Shown here piece by piece: positions 26,432-35,214 of a stretch of DNA of 64,000 bases. The notes under the pieces are model-generated. The model was not told where the DNA came from. It worked only from the letters and a program-made list of their open reading frames with translations, and searched no databases. Every line of letters begins with the position of its first letter. Position 1 is the stretch's first letter. Origin of the DNA: Acidimicrobiia bacterium (GTDB lineage: Bacteria; Actinomycetota; Acidimicrobiia; IMCC26256; JAENVU01); the NCBI GenBank assembly GCA_031362155.1, contig JANLRZ010000206.1, forward strand, positions 16,805 through 80,804, in the 5' to 3' direction. Made by a program: the position numbers and the translations under genes.

Positions 26432-29238
26432 CGTGCAACCATCATGCCGACATCCGACCGCTCGTGGCGAGCGCGACTGCGAACCCAGGCCTTGTGCGCT
26501 TCGAGCACGGCGAGGAGCGCCACACCGGCGCCGACACAGACACCGAGATCGAACGCGCTGAGGGGATCGAGGTCGAGAAAGCCCCGGAGCGGGGTCATGA
26601 TCGCCGCGAGCTGCAGGACCACCACGACCCCGATGAGCGCCATCATCACCGGATTCGTCCGGAACCCGAGCGTGCGCAGGGACTCGGTTGCCGATCGAGT
26701 ACCCAGCGCTTGGAACACCTGGAGGAAGGCCAGACTGGTGAACATCATCGTCTGCCAGTTCTCGTGCCCTCGGGCCTCGTAGGTCAGGCCGATCCCGAGC
26801 GCCGCGCCGCCGATCAATCCTCCGATCCATACCGCCTGACGACCCAATCCACCGGCCCACATGGACGCGCCCGGAGCGTGGGGCGGACGATCCATCACCC
26901 CGCGCTCGGGCGGTTCGACGCCGAGCGAGAGGCCGAGCAAGCCGTCGGTCATCAGGTTCAACCACAGCAACTGGAGTGGCAAGAGGGCCACCGCCGCCGC
27001 TCCGTCACCGGCCAGCAGGAACGGGAGAGGCCAGCCGATCATCACAATGATCTTGCCGATGTTGCCGGCGACCGCGAACTTCACGAACCGTCGGAGGTTG
27101 TCGTAGATGACCCGTCCCTCCTCGACCGCAGCGACGATCGAAGCGAAGTTGTCGTCGCGCAGCACCATGTCGGACGCATCCTTCGAGACGTCCGTGCCGG
27201 TGATGCCCATGGCCACACCGATGTCTGCCTGCTTCAATGCCGGCGCGTCGTTCACCCCGTCGCCGGTCATCGCCACGACCTGGCCCTGATTCTCAAGCGA
27301 CTTGACGATGCGCAGCTTGTGTTCCGGCGAGACGCGCGCGAACACCGAACGGTGTCGCACTGCGTGGTCGACGCCGGCATCGTCGAGGGCATCGAACTCG
27401 GCGCCCGTCACCACGCCACCGTCGGTGGGGATGCCCAGATCGTCGGCGATCGCCTTGGCGGTAGACGGGTGATCACCCGTGATCATCACTGTGCGGACTC
27501 CGGCGCGCGTGCAGGTCGCGATCGCATCTCGCACTTCGGGGCGCGGGGGGTCGATGATGCCCACCAGGCCCACGAACGTGAGTTGATCCTCGGCGAAGTC
27601 GTCGGCGCCGGCATCGTCAATCGTGCGGTACGCGAGGCCGAGCACCCGCATTCCGTCCGCGGCCAAGGCGCTCTCGGCTCGGGTGATGCGATCACACCAC
27701 TCGGCAGTCACGGCCACGGGCGCCTCGCCGTCCCAGACCGAGACCGTTCGCTCCACCAAGCTACCGACCGCACCCTTCACGAAGGCCGTGCATCCCGCAA
27801 TCGCCGCCGGGAGCATCGCAGTCGCAGCGCCACCGAGGTCATGCACTGTGCTCATGCGCTTCCGGTCGGCGTCGAAGGGCAGCTCCCCGACCCGTGGCGC
27901 GGCTCCGCGAAGAGCGTCGATATCGATCCCGGCGGTGTGGGCAGCAACGAGCAGCGCGGTCTCCGTGGGATCACCGGTGGTCGAGAAATCTCCGCCGTGA
28001 TCGACCCGGCCATTGCCGTCGTTGCACAGAACCCCCGCAACCAGAGCCAGCGCCGCGGCACTCGAGAGAGGCAGAGCGATCGGCTCGTCCAGTCGTTGCG
28101 TCTGACCGGCGACATCCAACACCGCAGCCGACATCCGGTTCTGAGTGAGCGTCCCGGTCTTGTCGGTGCAGATGACCGTGACGGACCCCAGCGTCTCGAC
28201 CGCGGGGAGTTTTCGGATCAGCGCATTCCGTCGCAACATGCGTTGGGCGCCGATCGCAAGCGTCACGGTGACCACCGCCGGCAGTCCTTCGGGGATGACC
28301 GCGACTGCGACACTGATGGCGGTGAGGAGCAGGTCCGCAACCGGTTCGCCACCGAGTGCGCCCATGATCATCACGAGGGCGGCAACCACGACGCCGACGA
28401 CCGCGAGCTGCTTCCCGACGGCGTCCAAGCGATCTTGGAGCGGCGTCGGCGCCGTGGTCACTCCTTGCAACATTCGAGCGATCTGACCCAACTCGGTCGT
28501 CATGCCCGTCGCGGTGACGACTGCACGCCCTCGGCCTTGGGTCACCTGCGTGCCCGCGTAGACCATGTTCGTTCGATCACCGAGCGGTGGTTCGGCCACG
28601 CCGAGTGCCGCGGTCTGCTTGAAGATCGGATCCGATTCGCCGGTGAGCGCGGCCTCCTCCACACGCAAGCCGACGGTGTCGATCAGCCGAGCGTCGGCCG
28701 GCACCATGTTGCCGGCCTGGAGCATCACTACGTCTCCCCGGACCAACTCAGACGATGCTCGCGTCACCTCGAGACCGTCGCGAAGCACCTGGACGGTCGG
28801 TTCGGCCATGGCTTGGAGTGCCGCGATGGCACGTTCCGCGCGGTGCTCCTGGATGAACCCCAGCAACACGAACAGCACCACGATGACCGCAATCGCGCCG
28901 GCCTCGAATGCTTTGCCGAGCACGAGCGAGAGGGCGGCCGCACCGAGCAGGATGAGCACCATGACCGCGGTCAGCTGCTCCCAGAGCGAGCGGAGTGAGC
29001 TCCGTCGGCGCGCGGCGCGCAACTCGTTGGGTCCGTCTTCGTCGAGCCGGCGTTGCGCTTCGGCCGTATCGAGTCCAGTGACCGTGGAGTGGAGTCCGCT
29101 GACCACGACATCGACACCGACGGCGTGCCACAGAGGTTCGGATGCGGTCGGGTTGCTCAGGGGTGGTCCCGGCGGGTCTTCGGGGAATTCGGGGGCCGAC
29201 GCGCCCGGCGCGCTCGACTTCGACGCAGTGAGGAACAC
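26428..29238 (-). CDS. P-type cation-transporting ATPase, P2 (Ca2+-ATPase/CtpF-like)
   Basis: DKTGTLT phosphorylation site, [36 protein letters not shown]4 has VIPEGLP and M6 has LWLNLMTDG, both typical of Ca-type pumps. Start set at GTG 29238, 5 nt after AGGAGA. ORF-track TTG 29409 lies in the promoter region. Confidence 0.93.
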   Translation of the reverse strand: MFLTASKSSAPGASAPEFPEDPPGPPLSNPTASEPLWHAVGVDVVVSGLHSTVTGLDTAEAQRRLDEDGPNELRAARRRSSLRSLWEQLTAVMVLILLGAAALSLVLGKAFEAGAIAVIVVLFVLLGFIQEHRAERAIAALQAMAEPTVQVLRDGLEVTRASSELVRGDVVMLQAGNMVPADARLIDTVGLRVEEAALTGESDPIFKQTAALGVAEPPLGDRTNMVYAGTQVTQGRGRAVVTATGMTTELGQIARMLQGVTTAPTPLQDRLDAVGKQLAVVGVVVAALVMIMGALGGEPVADLLLTAISVAVAVIPEGLPAVVTVTLAIGAQRMLRRNALIRKLPAVETLGSVTVICTDKTGTLTQNRMSAAVLDVAGQTQRLDEPIALPLSSAAALALVAGVLCNDGNGRVDHGGDFSTTGDPTETALLVAAHTAGIDIDALRGAAPRVGELPFDADRKRMSTVHDLGGAATAMLPAAIAGCTAFVKGAVGSLVERTVSVWDGEAPVAVTAEWCDRITRAESALAADGMRVLGLAYRTIDDAGADDFAEDQLTFVGLVGIIDPPRPEVRDAIATCTRAGVRTVMITGDHPSTAKAIADDLGIPTDGGVVTGAEFDALDDAGVDHAVRHRSVFARVSPEHKLRIVKSLENQGQVVAMTGDGVNDAPALKQADIGVAMGITGTDVSKDASDMVLRDDNFASIVAAVEEGRVIYDNLRRFVKFAVAGNIGKIIVMIGWPLPFLLAGDGAAAVALLPLQLLWLNLMTDGLLGLSLGVEPPERGVMDRPPHAPGASMWAGGLGRQAVWIGGLIGGAALGIGLTYEARGHENWQTMMFTSLAFLQVFQALGTRSATESLRTLGFRTNPVMMALIGVVVVLQLAAIMTPLRGFLDLDPLSAFDLGVCVGAGVALLAVLEAHKAWVRSRARHERSDVGMMVAR

Positions 29239-29386
29239 TCGAGTCTCCTGTCTCCTGACGCAGTTGCGCCGCTGACAGGAGGTCTCCCCCAACCCGCGGG
29301 TCTGGCGGGTGCTCGGGCCGGAGCGACATGGATCGCACGTATTGACGGCACCGAAACTTGAACTGGGGTACTCCCCTCCTCCCGAG

Positions 29387-29416
29387 ATGATACCTCCACC
29401 CGGAACCAAGAGTCAA
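29387..29416 (-). promoter_or_regulatory. Candidate sigma70-type promoter for the P-type ATPase operon
   Basis: Minus strand reads TTGACT (29416-29411), an 18-nt spacer, then TATCAT (29392-29387), within a locally AT-richer stretch ~150 nt upstream of GTG 29238. Confidence 0.3.
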
Positions 29417-29605
29417 GAAATGCAACCCACGAATCATAGAACGGGTATAACAGCAATCTGCTCGACCGTCAGAACCTGCGTCCGTTGGACGCCTCGCCAT
29501 GTTCGACGGCGAGAAGTAGCCACAATCCAGCGCAAGGCCCGGCTCGTCGCGTGACCTTCACACCCACCCCGACCAGGGCAAAAAATGTCGAATCGACAAC
29601 AGCAG

Positions 29606-29679
29606 TGGAGGTGAGGGGACTTGAACCCCTGACTTCTACGATGCGAACGTAGCGCTCTACCGGGCTGAGCTACACCCCC
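29606..29679 (-). tRNA. tRNA-Ala (anticodon CGC)
   Basis: Minus strand GGGGGTGTAGCTCAGCCCGGTAGAGCGCTACGTTCGCATCGTAGAAGTCAGGGGTTCAAGTCCCCTCACCTCCA folds as a cloverleaf: 7-bp acceptor stem with the G3:U70 Ala identity pair, anticodon loop TTCGCAT, T-loop TTCAAGT. CCA is not encoded. Confidence 0.9.
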
Positions 29680-29744
29680 GAAGGAACTGCGAGGGTAGCA
29701 AACGCCGGTTCCCACCCACGAGATGTCCTCCGCCGGAGCCGGGC

Positions 29745-31814
29745 TCAGTCGCGGTTCTCCGGCGGGATCGAAGCGCGACACGCCCTCCCCCGGCACCCGT
29801 CGGACACCGAACCGTTGGACTTCCAGAACTCGCTCTTCATCGTGCGCACACGCGGGATGTTCGGAGTGTCATCGTGAGGATCGTGGCCCTCCCGGGGCGG
29901 CACGTTCGGTGCCGGCGACCGTGGCGAGCCGGTGTCCCACAGCCAGTAGGACGAACCCGAGAACGGATACCGCGAAATGGTGTCGAGCATGGCCTCGGGC
30001 CGGCGCTGGACCAACCGACCGGGTCGGGCGATCGGAGTGTGCGCCGAAGCTCCAATCGTGGCTGCCTCGACCCGGAGGCTGAACTCGCTCACCTGATGGT
30101 CACCCACCGCCCCGATCAACATCACCCGGTGACGCGGCGTCTTCGGCAACGGATCCGTCGTCATGTGGTTCGCGTAGCCGTTGGCCTCGCCGCGATCCCA
30201 CAACAATTGCGCCACCTCGAGACCGATCACGCGGTCCTGGCGCGCCGGATACGAGGGCCGCATCACGTTGAGGTACTCGTCGAAGTCGACGCTGCGGTCG
30301 AGCAGGATCGAATAGTTCATCCCGGCCTCGGCGAGCACGGACCGGGTGAAGTCGGTCGCGACTGCAGTCAGTGCGCCGCCCAGGATCGCGCCCTGGCTAT
30401 TACCGTCGTAATAGAGCGCGCGCCGGTCGATCGCGGGTCGGCCATCGACTTGGAACGCGGCATTCGCCGAGAACCCCTGGGGGTGGACCATGGCCCGGCC
30501 CAGGAAGAGGAACGCCAGGATCCCCTGGTGCAGCCGGTCGGCGAGCGACGGGAACTTCGACAGATCCTGGAGGATCGCCGCGGCGTTGCCGATGTCGTCC
30601 TCGGCCATTCCGTACCAGTCGGTGGCGCAATAGGCGATGTTGTGGTCGGCGGCCATCCGCTGCGTGAGGCTGCCGTTGACCTCGGACTGATCGCCGAGCA
30701 ACCCGTGCCCGTAGAGCGCGAGCCGCGAGGGAGTCGCGGTGGTCGACTCGGGCAGATTGCACGTGTAGCGCGCCGTGAAGGTTCCGGGCTGGCGTTGGGG
30801 GACTCCCTCGTCGTCCAACACCAACCGGCCGCCGGGCGCGCCGCCGTCGGTGAGGTAGAGCGGCATCTCGATGGTGCCTTCGATCCTGCGCGCGAAGAAT
30901 TCGCTCGGCCGTTCGGTCACGGTATCGACGGTGACGCTCGGCGCCGCCGAACCGAGCGAGCCGAAGGCGTCGTCACGGATCGATAGCATCCGACCGGTCA
31001 GGCTCTGCGTGCTCGCGACGGTGAAGTCCCATGCGAGCTGCAGGCTCCCGCGGCGCACTCCCGCGCGGGTGAGGCTCGCGAACACGCGATTCATGCGCGG
31101 TCGTCGAGACTCGAAGGTCGCGTTCGTCGTGCGCTGCCCGTCGCGGTACGCGGCGAAGGCGGCCGTGGCCCGAATCCGTCGACCCCGAGCGTCACGAAGG
31201 TTGCGCAGGCCGACCACGATGCGATGGCCATCGGCGAAGTTGCGCGCCGGGTGCACCATCAGGAGCGGCGGTTCCCCCGGGTCGGGCTGGGCATCGAGCT
31301 CGGCCCAGAACGGATGCCGCTCCCCCGTCGTCGCATCGATGAGCACGACGCTGGCATCCGGCGCGAGTGACTGTTTCCAATCCCGGATCGACGGAAGCCG
31401 GGACCGGGCGGCATCGAGCCGGGGGATCTGGGCCAGCAGCGTCGAGCCGGGGCTCCACCCGTCGGCTCGGTTCTGATCGGTCACGTCGATACGCACGCCC
31501 GCCGTGTTGGCCGGCATCGAGGCCGAATCCAGCGCGAGCCGGCGGCCGGTCGGGGTGTCCGGGTCGGCCTTCGTGAAGGTGTCGTTCGGCAGCGGGAGCA
31601 GACACCCACGACCGATCGGATCACAACGCGAGGTCGTCGCCGGATCGACGCCCAAACGATCGAGCGCCACCGGCGCAGCATCGGCCTGCGGGAGGTGGGC
31701 GCGCCCAGCCGACGAGTGGAGCGCCGCCCACGCGCTCGCGGACGCGCTCGTCAGTACCCCGACGACGACGATCAGGCTGAGCCAGCCCCGACCATCGCTT
31801 CTCGCCTGTTTCAT
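29745..31814 (-). CDS. Secreted alpha/beta-hydrolase-like protein (putative lipase/esterase)
   Basis: Signal peptide WLSLIVVVGVLTSASASAWA. Candidate nucleophile elbow YYDGNSQGAILGG and His in IGAVGDHQV. Family not identified by eye. Confidence 0.55.
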   Translation of the reverse strand: MKQARSDGRGWLSLIVVVGVLTSASASAWAALHSSAGRAHLPQADAAPVALDRLGVDPATTSRCDPIGRGCLLPLPNDTFTKADPDTPTGRRLALDSASMPANTAGVRIDVTDQNRADGWSPGSTLLAQIPRLDAARSRLPSIRDWKQSLAPDASVVLIDATTGERHPFWAELDAQPDPGEPPLLMVHPARNFADGHRIVVGLRNLRDARGRRIRATAAFAAYRDGQRTTNATFESRRPRMNRVFASLTRAGVRRGSLQLAWDFTVASTQSLTGRMLSIRDDAFGSLGSAAPSVTVDTVTERPSEFFARRIEGTIEMPLYLTDGGAPGGRLVLDDEGVPQRQPGTFTARYTCNLPESTTATPSRLALYGHGLLGDQSEVNGSLTQRMAADHNIAYCATDWYGMAEDDIGNAAAILQDLSKFPSLADRLHQGILAFLFLGRAMVHPQGFSANAAFQVDGRPAIDRRALYYDGNSQGAILGGALTAVATDFTRSVLAEAGMNYSILLDRSVDFDEYLNVMRPSYPARQDRVIGLEVAQLLWDRGEANGYANHMTTDPLPKTPRHRVMLIGAVGDHQVSEFSLRVEAATIGASAHTPIARPGRLVQRRPEAMLDTISRYPFSGSSYWLWDTGSPRSPAPNVPPREGHDPHDDTPNIPRVRTMKSEFWKSNGSVSDGCRGRACRASIPPENRD

Positions 31815-31931
31815 GGTTCGTGGTCTACCAGGACCACGCCACGACGCGCTGGGGTTCGGGCGCTGGGTTCGGGCGCCGGGGTTCGACGCGGGTGTTCGGC
31901 GCCATCCGCGATCGCGGGTCTGACCCCAGCG

Positions 31932-33209
31932 CTACGGCAGCGACTCGACGAGGTCCGAGGTGCACCAACTCGGCGAGTTGACCGGGTTGCAGCGCGCCGG
32001 GGTGCCGCCGGGGATCTGCACGAAGTACTCGGTGCCGAAGGCACGACCGGGCACGACGTAGTCGGTACTCACCCATTGCGCCGCCGACGCCAGCGCCGCC
32101 TCCCGGGTCGTGGTGTCGTTGATCCGCGCCTCGTGCGTGTCGGCATCGGTCCGGGTACGAATTACATAGCCCTGCGCCACGAGCGACTGGATGTCGGCGA
32201 GGCTGCCCTTGGCATCGTTGCGCTTGACGAACGCGGCGTCGTCGTCACCGGGGTTCGCGTTGGTGAAGAGCACCCGACCAGCTAGGCCCGGGTGACCGGC
32301 TCGATACCACGACCGCAACGTGCCGCCGTTGTCCATCATGAACATCACCTGGCCGCGCACGGCGTTGATCTCGGGCCAGCCGTCGATGGAGATGGCTTGG
32401 GGCAAGGTCGCGTGGTGGCGGCGCAGATCGTCCGGCGTGAACATCCGGTCCTCAGTGAACACCGAACGCAGCGCCGCATCGAGTGGGTCGAGATCGGCGG
32501 GAGTCCAGTTGTGGTACGGGAGACCGCCGACGTTGAAGTCGTTGTTCTTCAGTTCCAGCAGGATCGCGAGAGGGACGTGCTGCGGATGCGCGTCCGACCA
32601 CGTGCGGATGGTGGCCAGGCAGTCGAGCAACGCCCGGCACGTGGTTCCCTCGTCGATTCCCTGGATGTGCCCGACGCTGAAGGTGCCGTCGTTGTTCGCG
32701 TTGATGTCGAGTTCGAACTGGCGCACGCCTTGGTCTTGGAGTTGCACGTCGAGCGGATCCTCGAAGTACTGCAAGACCTCGATCGCGTCCAGTCCCGGCG
32801 TGGGGTAGGTGTGGTAGCTGTTGTGAGAACCCAGCGCCTGGATCTGGTTCAGACGGATCCCGCCGGTGAAGTACCCGATCCCTCGGCGCTTCTCGTCGCC
32901 GATCCGACTGCGCACCCAGAACGAGTGCGTGCCCGGTCCGGCCGTACCCACGTCGAAGGTGAACGTGAACGGCAAGGTCGCACTGCTGGCCACGAACGGA
33001 CCGGCTTTGCTGTCGAGCTGCACCGTGGTGTTCGCGGCGGTGCCGGCGGGCAGGTCCGGCGCGCTCACCGTGACCGTGCGAGCGCCCTGCGCGCCCGGCG
33101 GGCTGACGCGAACCTCGAGGACCGGTCCGTACCCGGGGCGAGGTGCGAGCCATTGACACCCTGCGCCCACCATTGCGAGCACGGCTACGACTGCAATTCG
33201 CTTCAGCAT
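31932..33209 (-). CDS. Lipoprotein with PLC-like phosphodiesterase (PI-PLC X-like) domain
   Basis: ATG 33209 with lipobox VAVLAMVGAGC. N-terminal beta-rich module, then QALGSHNSYH and a (beta/alpha)-barrel PLC-like pattern. The ORF-track N-terminal extension to 33803 is Arg/Gly-rich and overlaps the translin-like gene out of frame. Confidence 0.65.
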   Translation of the reverse strand: MLKRIAVVAVLAMVGAGCQWLAPRPGYGPVLEVRVSPPGAQGARTVTVSAPDLPAGTAANTTVQLDSKAGPFVASSATLPFTFTFDVGTAGPGTHSFWVRSRIGDEKRRGIGYFTGGIRLNQIQALGSHNSYHTYPTPGLDAIEVLQYFEDPLDVQLQDQGVRQFELDINANNDGTFSVGHIQGIDEGTTCRALLDCLATIRTWSDAHPQHVPLAILLELKNNDFNVGGLPYHNWTPADLDPLDAALRSVFTEDRMFTPDDLRRHHATLPQAISIDGWPEINAVRGQVMFMMDNGGTLRSWYRAGHPGLAGRVLFTNANPGDDDAAFVKRNDAKGSLADIQSLVAQGYVIRTRTDADTHEARINDTTTREAALASAAQWVSTDYVVPGRAFGTEYFVQIPGGTPARCNPVNSPSWCTSDLVESLP

Positions 33210-33274
33210 GACCCCAACGCCTCCCCAGGTGTCCGGAAGGTCCGGATTGTAGGCGCGCGATGTGACCACCGGTT

Positions 33275-33913
33275 TCAGGCGTCGACGATGCGGCTGCTCT
33301 CGATGGCCGCGCGCAGGCGCTGGGCCACCAACGCGTTGGTGAGATCGCCCCGCGTCCGTTCGATGACCGCGCGCAACGCGTCGGTCGTGCGCCGTAGTCC
33401 CCCGGTGATCGCATCCGGGTAGTCGACGGTGACGAGGAGTGCGTAGACCTCGTCCATCACGCCCAGGAGCTCTTCGGCACGACTCACACGGTCGGCACGC
33501 AGGCAATCCAGTATGTGTCGACGGAGTTCGCTGGCCGCTTCGGCCATGCCGTTGAGGTAGGCCGCGGTCTCCACGTGGATCGTCTCGGCCGCGGGCAGCG
33601 GATCGCCACGGACGAACGCCAGAGTCAGGTGCGCCTCGGCGAACTCCTTCTTGGCATCGTGCAGGTAGCCGCCGTGACGCACGTCGCGTTGGTCGGCCAC
33701 GGCCAGATCGGCCCGGGCCAGGTGGTCGCCCGCTTCGGCGATGAGCTCCTCGGCCCGCGCGAACTCTTCGCGTTGCACGGCGCGAATTGCCGCCGCACAA
33801 CACTGGATGGCGAGTCGGCAGGCGCCGAGCGTGACTTCGCGGGCTTGATGCTTGGCGTCGAGAATCGGCCGAGCGGTGTCGGCGATCTCGGCGATCTCGG
33901 ATCGGCGATCCAT
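33275..33913 (-). CDS. Translin-family protein (tentative)
   Basis: 212-aa all-helical sequence. AAYLNGMAEAASELRRHILDCLR...MDEVYALLVTVDYPDAITGGLRRTTDALRAVIERTRGDL resembles the translin/TRAX core (Y..G..D..GEL.R ... lr.k.d...vE). Read by eye only. Confidence 0.5.
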   Translation of the reverse strand: MDRRSEIAEIADTARPILDAKHQAREVTLGACRLAIQCCAAAIRAVQREEFARAEELIAEAGDHLARADLAVADQRDVRHGGYLHDAKKEFAEAHLTLAFVRGDPLPAAETIHVETAAYLNGMAEAASELRRHILDCLRADRVSRAEELLGVMDEVYALLVTVDYPDAITGGLRRTTDALRAVIERTRGDLTNALVAQRLRAAIESSRIVDA

Positions 33914-33931
33914 GACCGCGTGTCGAAACCG

Positions 33932-34444
33932 CTAGGAGTTGACGCTGCTGCGGTGCAGCACGAGCGCCCGCGGCTGGACCGATGGTCCCGGCAGGAAATG
34001 CACCTTGGCGCGGCGCTCATCGGCCCGACGCCGGATCGAGATCAACAGCCCCACGTAGGCCACCAACAACCCTGTGGCAACGAGATTGACCATCCACATG
34101 AGGGTGCTGCCGACCACCACGGCGAGCACCAGCGTTCCGAGCGCGGCCACGGCGAACACCATGAGTGCGTCGCGTCGGCGACGCTGGGCCACTGGCGACA
34201 TCGGCAATCCGGGCGTGGCACCCGCGGGTGCGCCAAACGCGGTCGGCTGGCGGGGAAGGTTGGGCATCGAGCTGCGGGCCGACGGCCGGCTCGGGAAGTG
34301 GCCCGTGGCCCGACCGACCATCGAGACGCGCTTGGAGAAGGCTCCGATAGAGCTTCGGCCACCGCCTGAACGGCGACGCTGCACGGACGGCCAGATGAAG
34401 AACGCCGCCCACAGCACTGCGAGGATCACGAGGATGATCGTCAA
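33932..34444 (-). CDS. Small membrane protein: TM, disordered Arg/Ser/Pro-rich loop, then 2 TM
   Basis: 170 aa. TM1 is IILVILAVLWAAFFIW, followed by a ~85-aa low-complexity basic region and two further TM helices. Stop lies 18 nt before the translin-like start. Confidence 0.6.
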   Translation of the reverse strand: MTIILVILAVLWAAFFIWPSVQRRRSGGGRSSIGAFSKRVSMVGRATGHFPSRPSARSSMPNLPRQPTAFGAPAGATPGLPMSPVAQRRRRDALMVFAVAALGTLVLAVVVGSTLMWMVNLVATGLLVAYVGLLISIRRRADERRAKVHFLPGPSVQPRALVLHRSSVNS

Positions 34445-34610
34445 AGCTCCCGGTCGCTTTCCGTGTCGCGGACGCTAACAAGCAGGAAACACTGGGCGGT
34501 GGATACCACCGACGGGCTCCGGCTGAGGTGCACCGGACCCTAGACGGGTCGAACCGGACGAGTCGAGCCGCGAAGCAAACAGACGTTCGGTGTTCGGTGC
34601 TGCGCTGGGG

Positions 34611-35111
34611 TCAGAGGGCGAATTCGTCGCCGTCGCGCCCGGGCCGGCGGTAGGTGCCGGAACGGCCGCCGGTCTTCTCCCAGAGGGCTAAATCGCCAAT
34701 GGTCATGGCCCGATCGACCGACTTGCACATGTCGTAGATGGTCAGGGCCGCGACCGCACAGGCGTGCAGGGCCTCCATCTCGACGCCGGTGCGGTCCACC
34801 GTGTCGACCTGGGCCTCGACCTCCACGTGGAGTTCCTCGAGCCGGAAGTTGACGAAGACCGAACCCACCAACAGGGGGTGACAGAGGGGCAGCATCATGG
34901 CCGTCTGCTTCGCCGCCTGGATGCCCGCCACGCGGGCGACTGCGAGCACGTCGCCCTTGGTAATGGCTCCGGTGGCGATCTTGGACGCCGTCTCGGGCTC
35001 CATGTACACCCGACACCGGGCGATCGCCCGCCGGTGCGAGGGGTCCTTGGCGGTCACGTCCACCATCCGCGCGCGCCCGAGCGGATCCAAATGCGTGAAC
35101 TCAGAAGCCAT
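34611..35111 (-). CDS. moaC: Cyclic pyranopterin monophosphate synthase MoaC
   Basis: ATG 35111 (MASEFTHLDPLGRARMVDVTAKD...). Conserved KGDVLAVARVAGIQAAKQT and MLPLCHPL. Confidence 0.9.
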   Translation of the reverse strand: MASEFTHLDPLGRARMVDVTAKDPSHRRAIARCRVYMEPETASKIATGAITKGDVLAVARVAGIQAAKQTAMMLPLCHPLLVGSVFVNFRLEELHVEVEAQVDTVDRTGVEMEALHACAVAALTIYDMCKSVDRAMTIGDLALWEKTGGRSGTYRRPGRDGDEFAL

Positions 35112-35214
35112 CGGAAACAGCTTAGAAGCTGAGGTGCCTCGCCCCGACCTTCCGCCAGGAGTCACGGACGGATTGATCAGTCCGGCAACGAACCTCCCGG
35201 CACCTCAGGATGTG

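Noticed and set aside
26464-28998. 844-aa + strand ORF
   Set aside because: It is antisense to the P-type ATPase, which carries all canonical P-type motifs. The shadow ORF is Arg/His/Asp-rich low-complexity sequence.
29400-29800. tRNA-Ala as a possible integration site for a genomic island
   Set aside because: There is no integrase, recombinase, phage or plasmid gene on either side within the window. I could not spot a direct repeat of the tRNA 3' end by eye. Flanking genes have the same composition as the rest of the window.
33210-33803. N-terminal 198-aa extension of the PLC-like ORF (ORF-track 31932..33803)
   Set aside because: The extension is Arg/Gly/Pro-rich and overlaps the translin-like gene out of frame. 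An internal ATG at 33209 gives a clean lipoprotein signal peptide.
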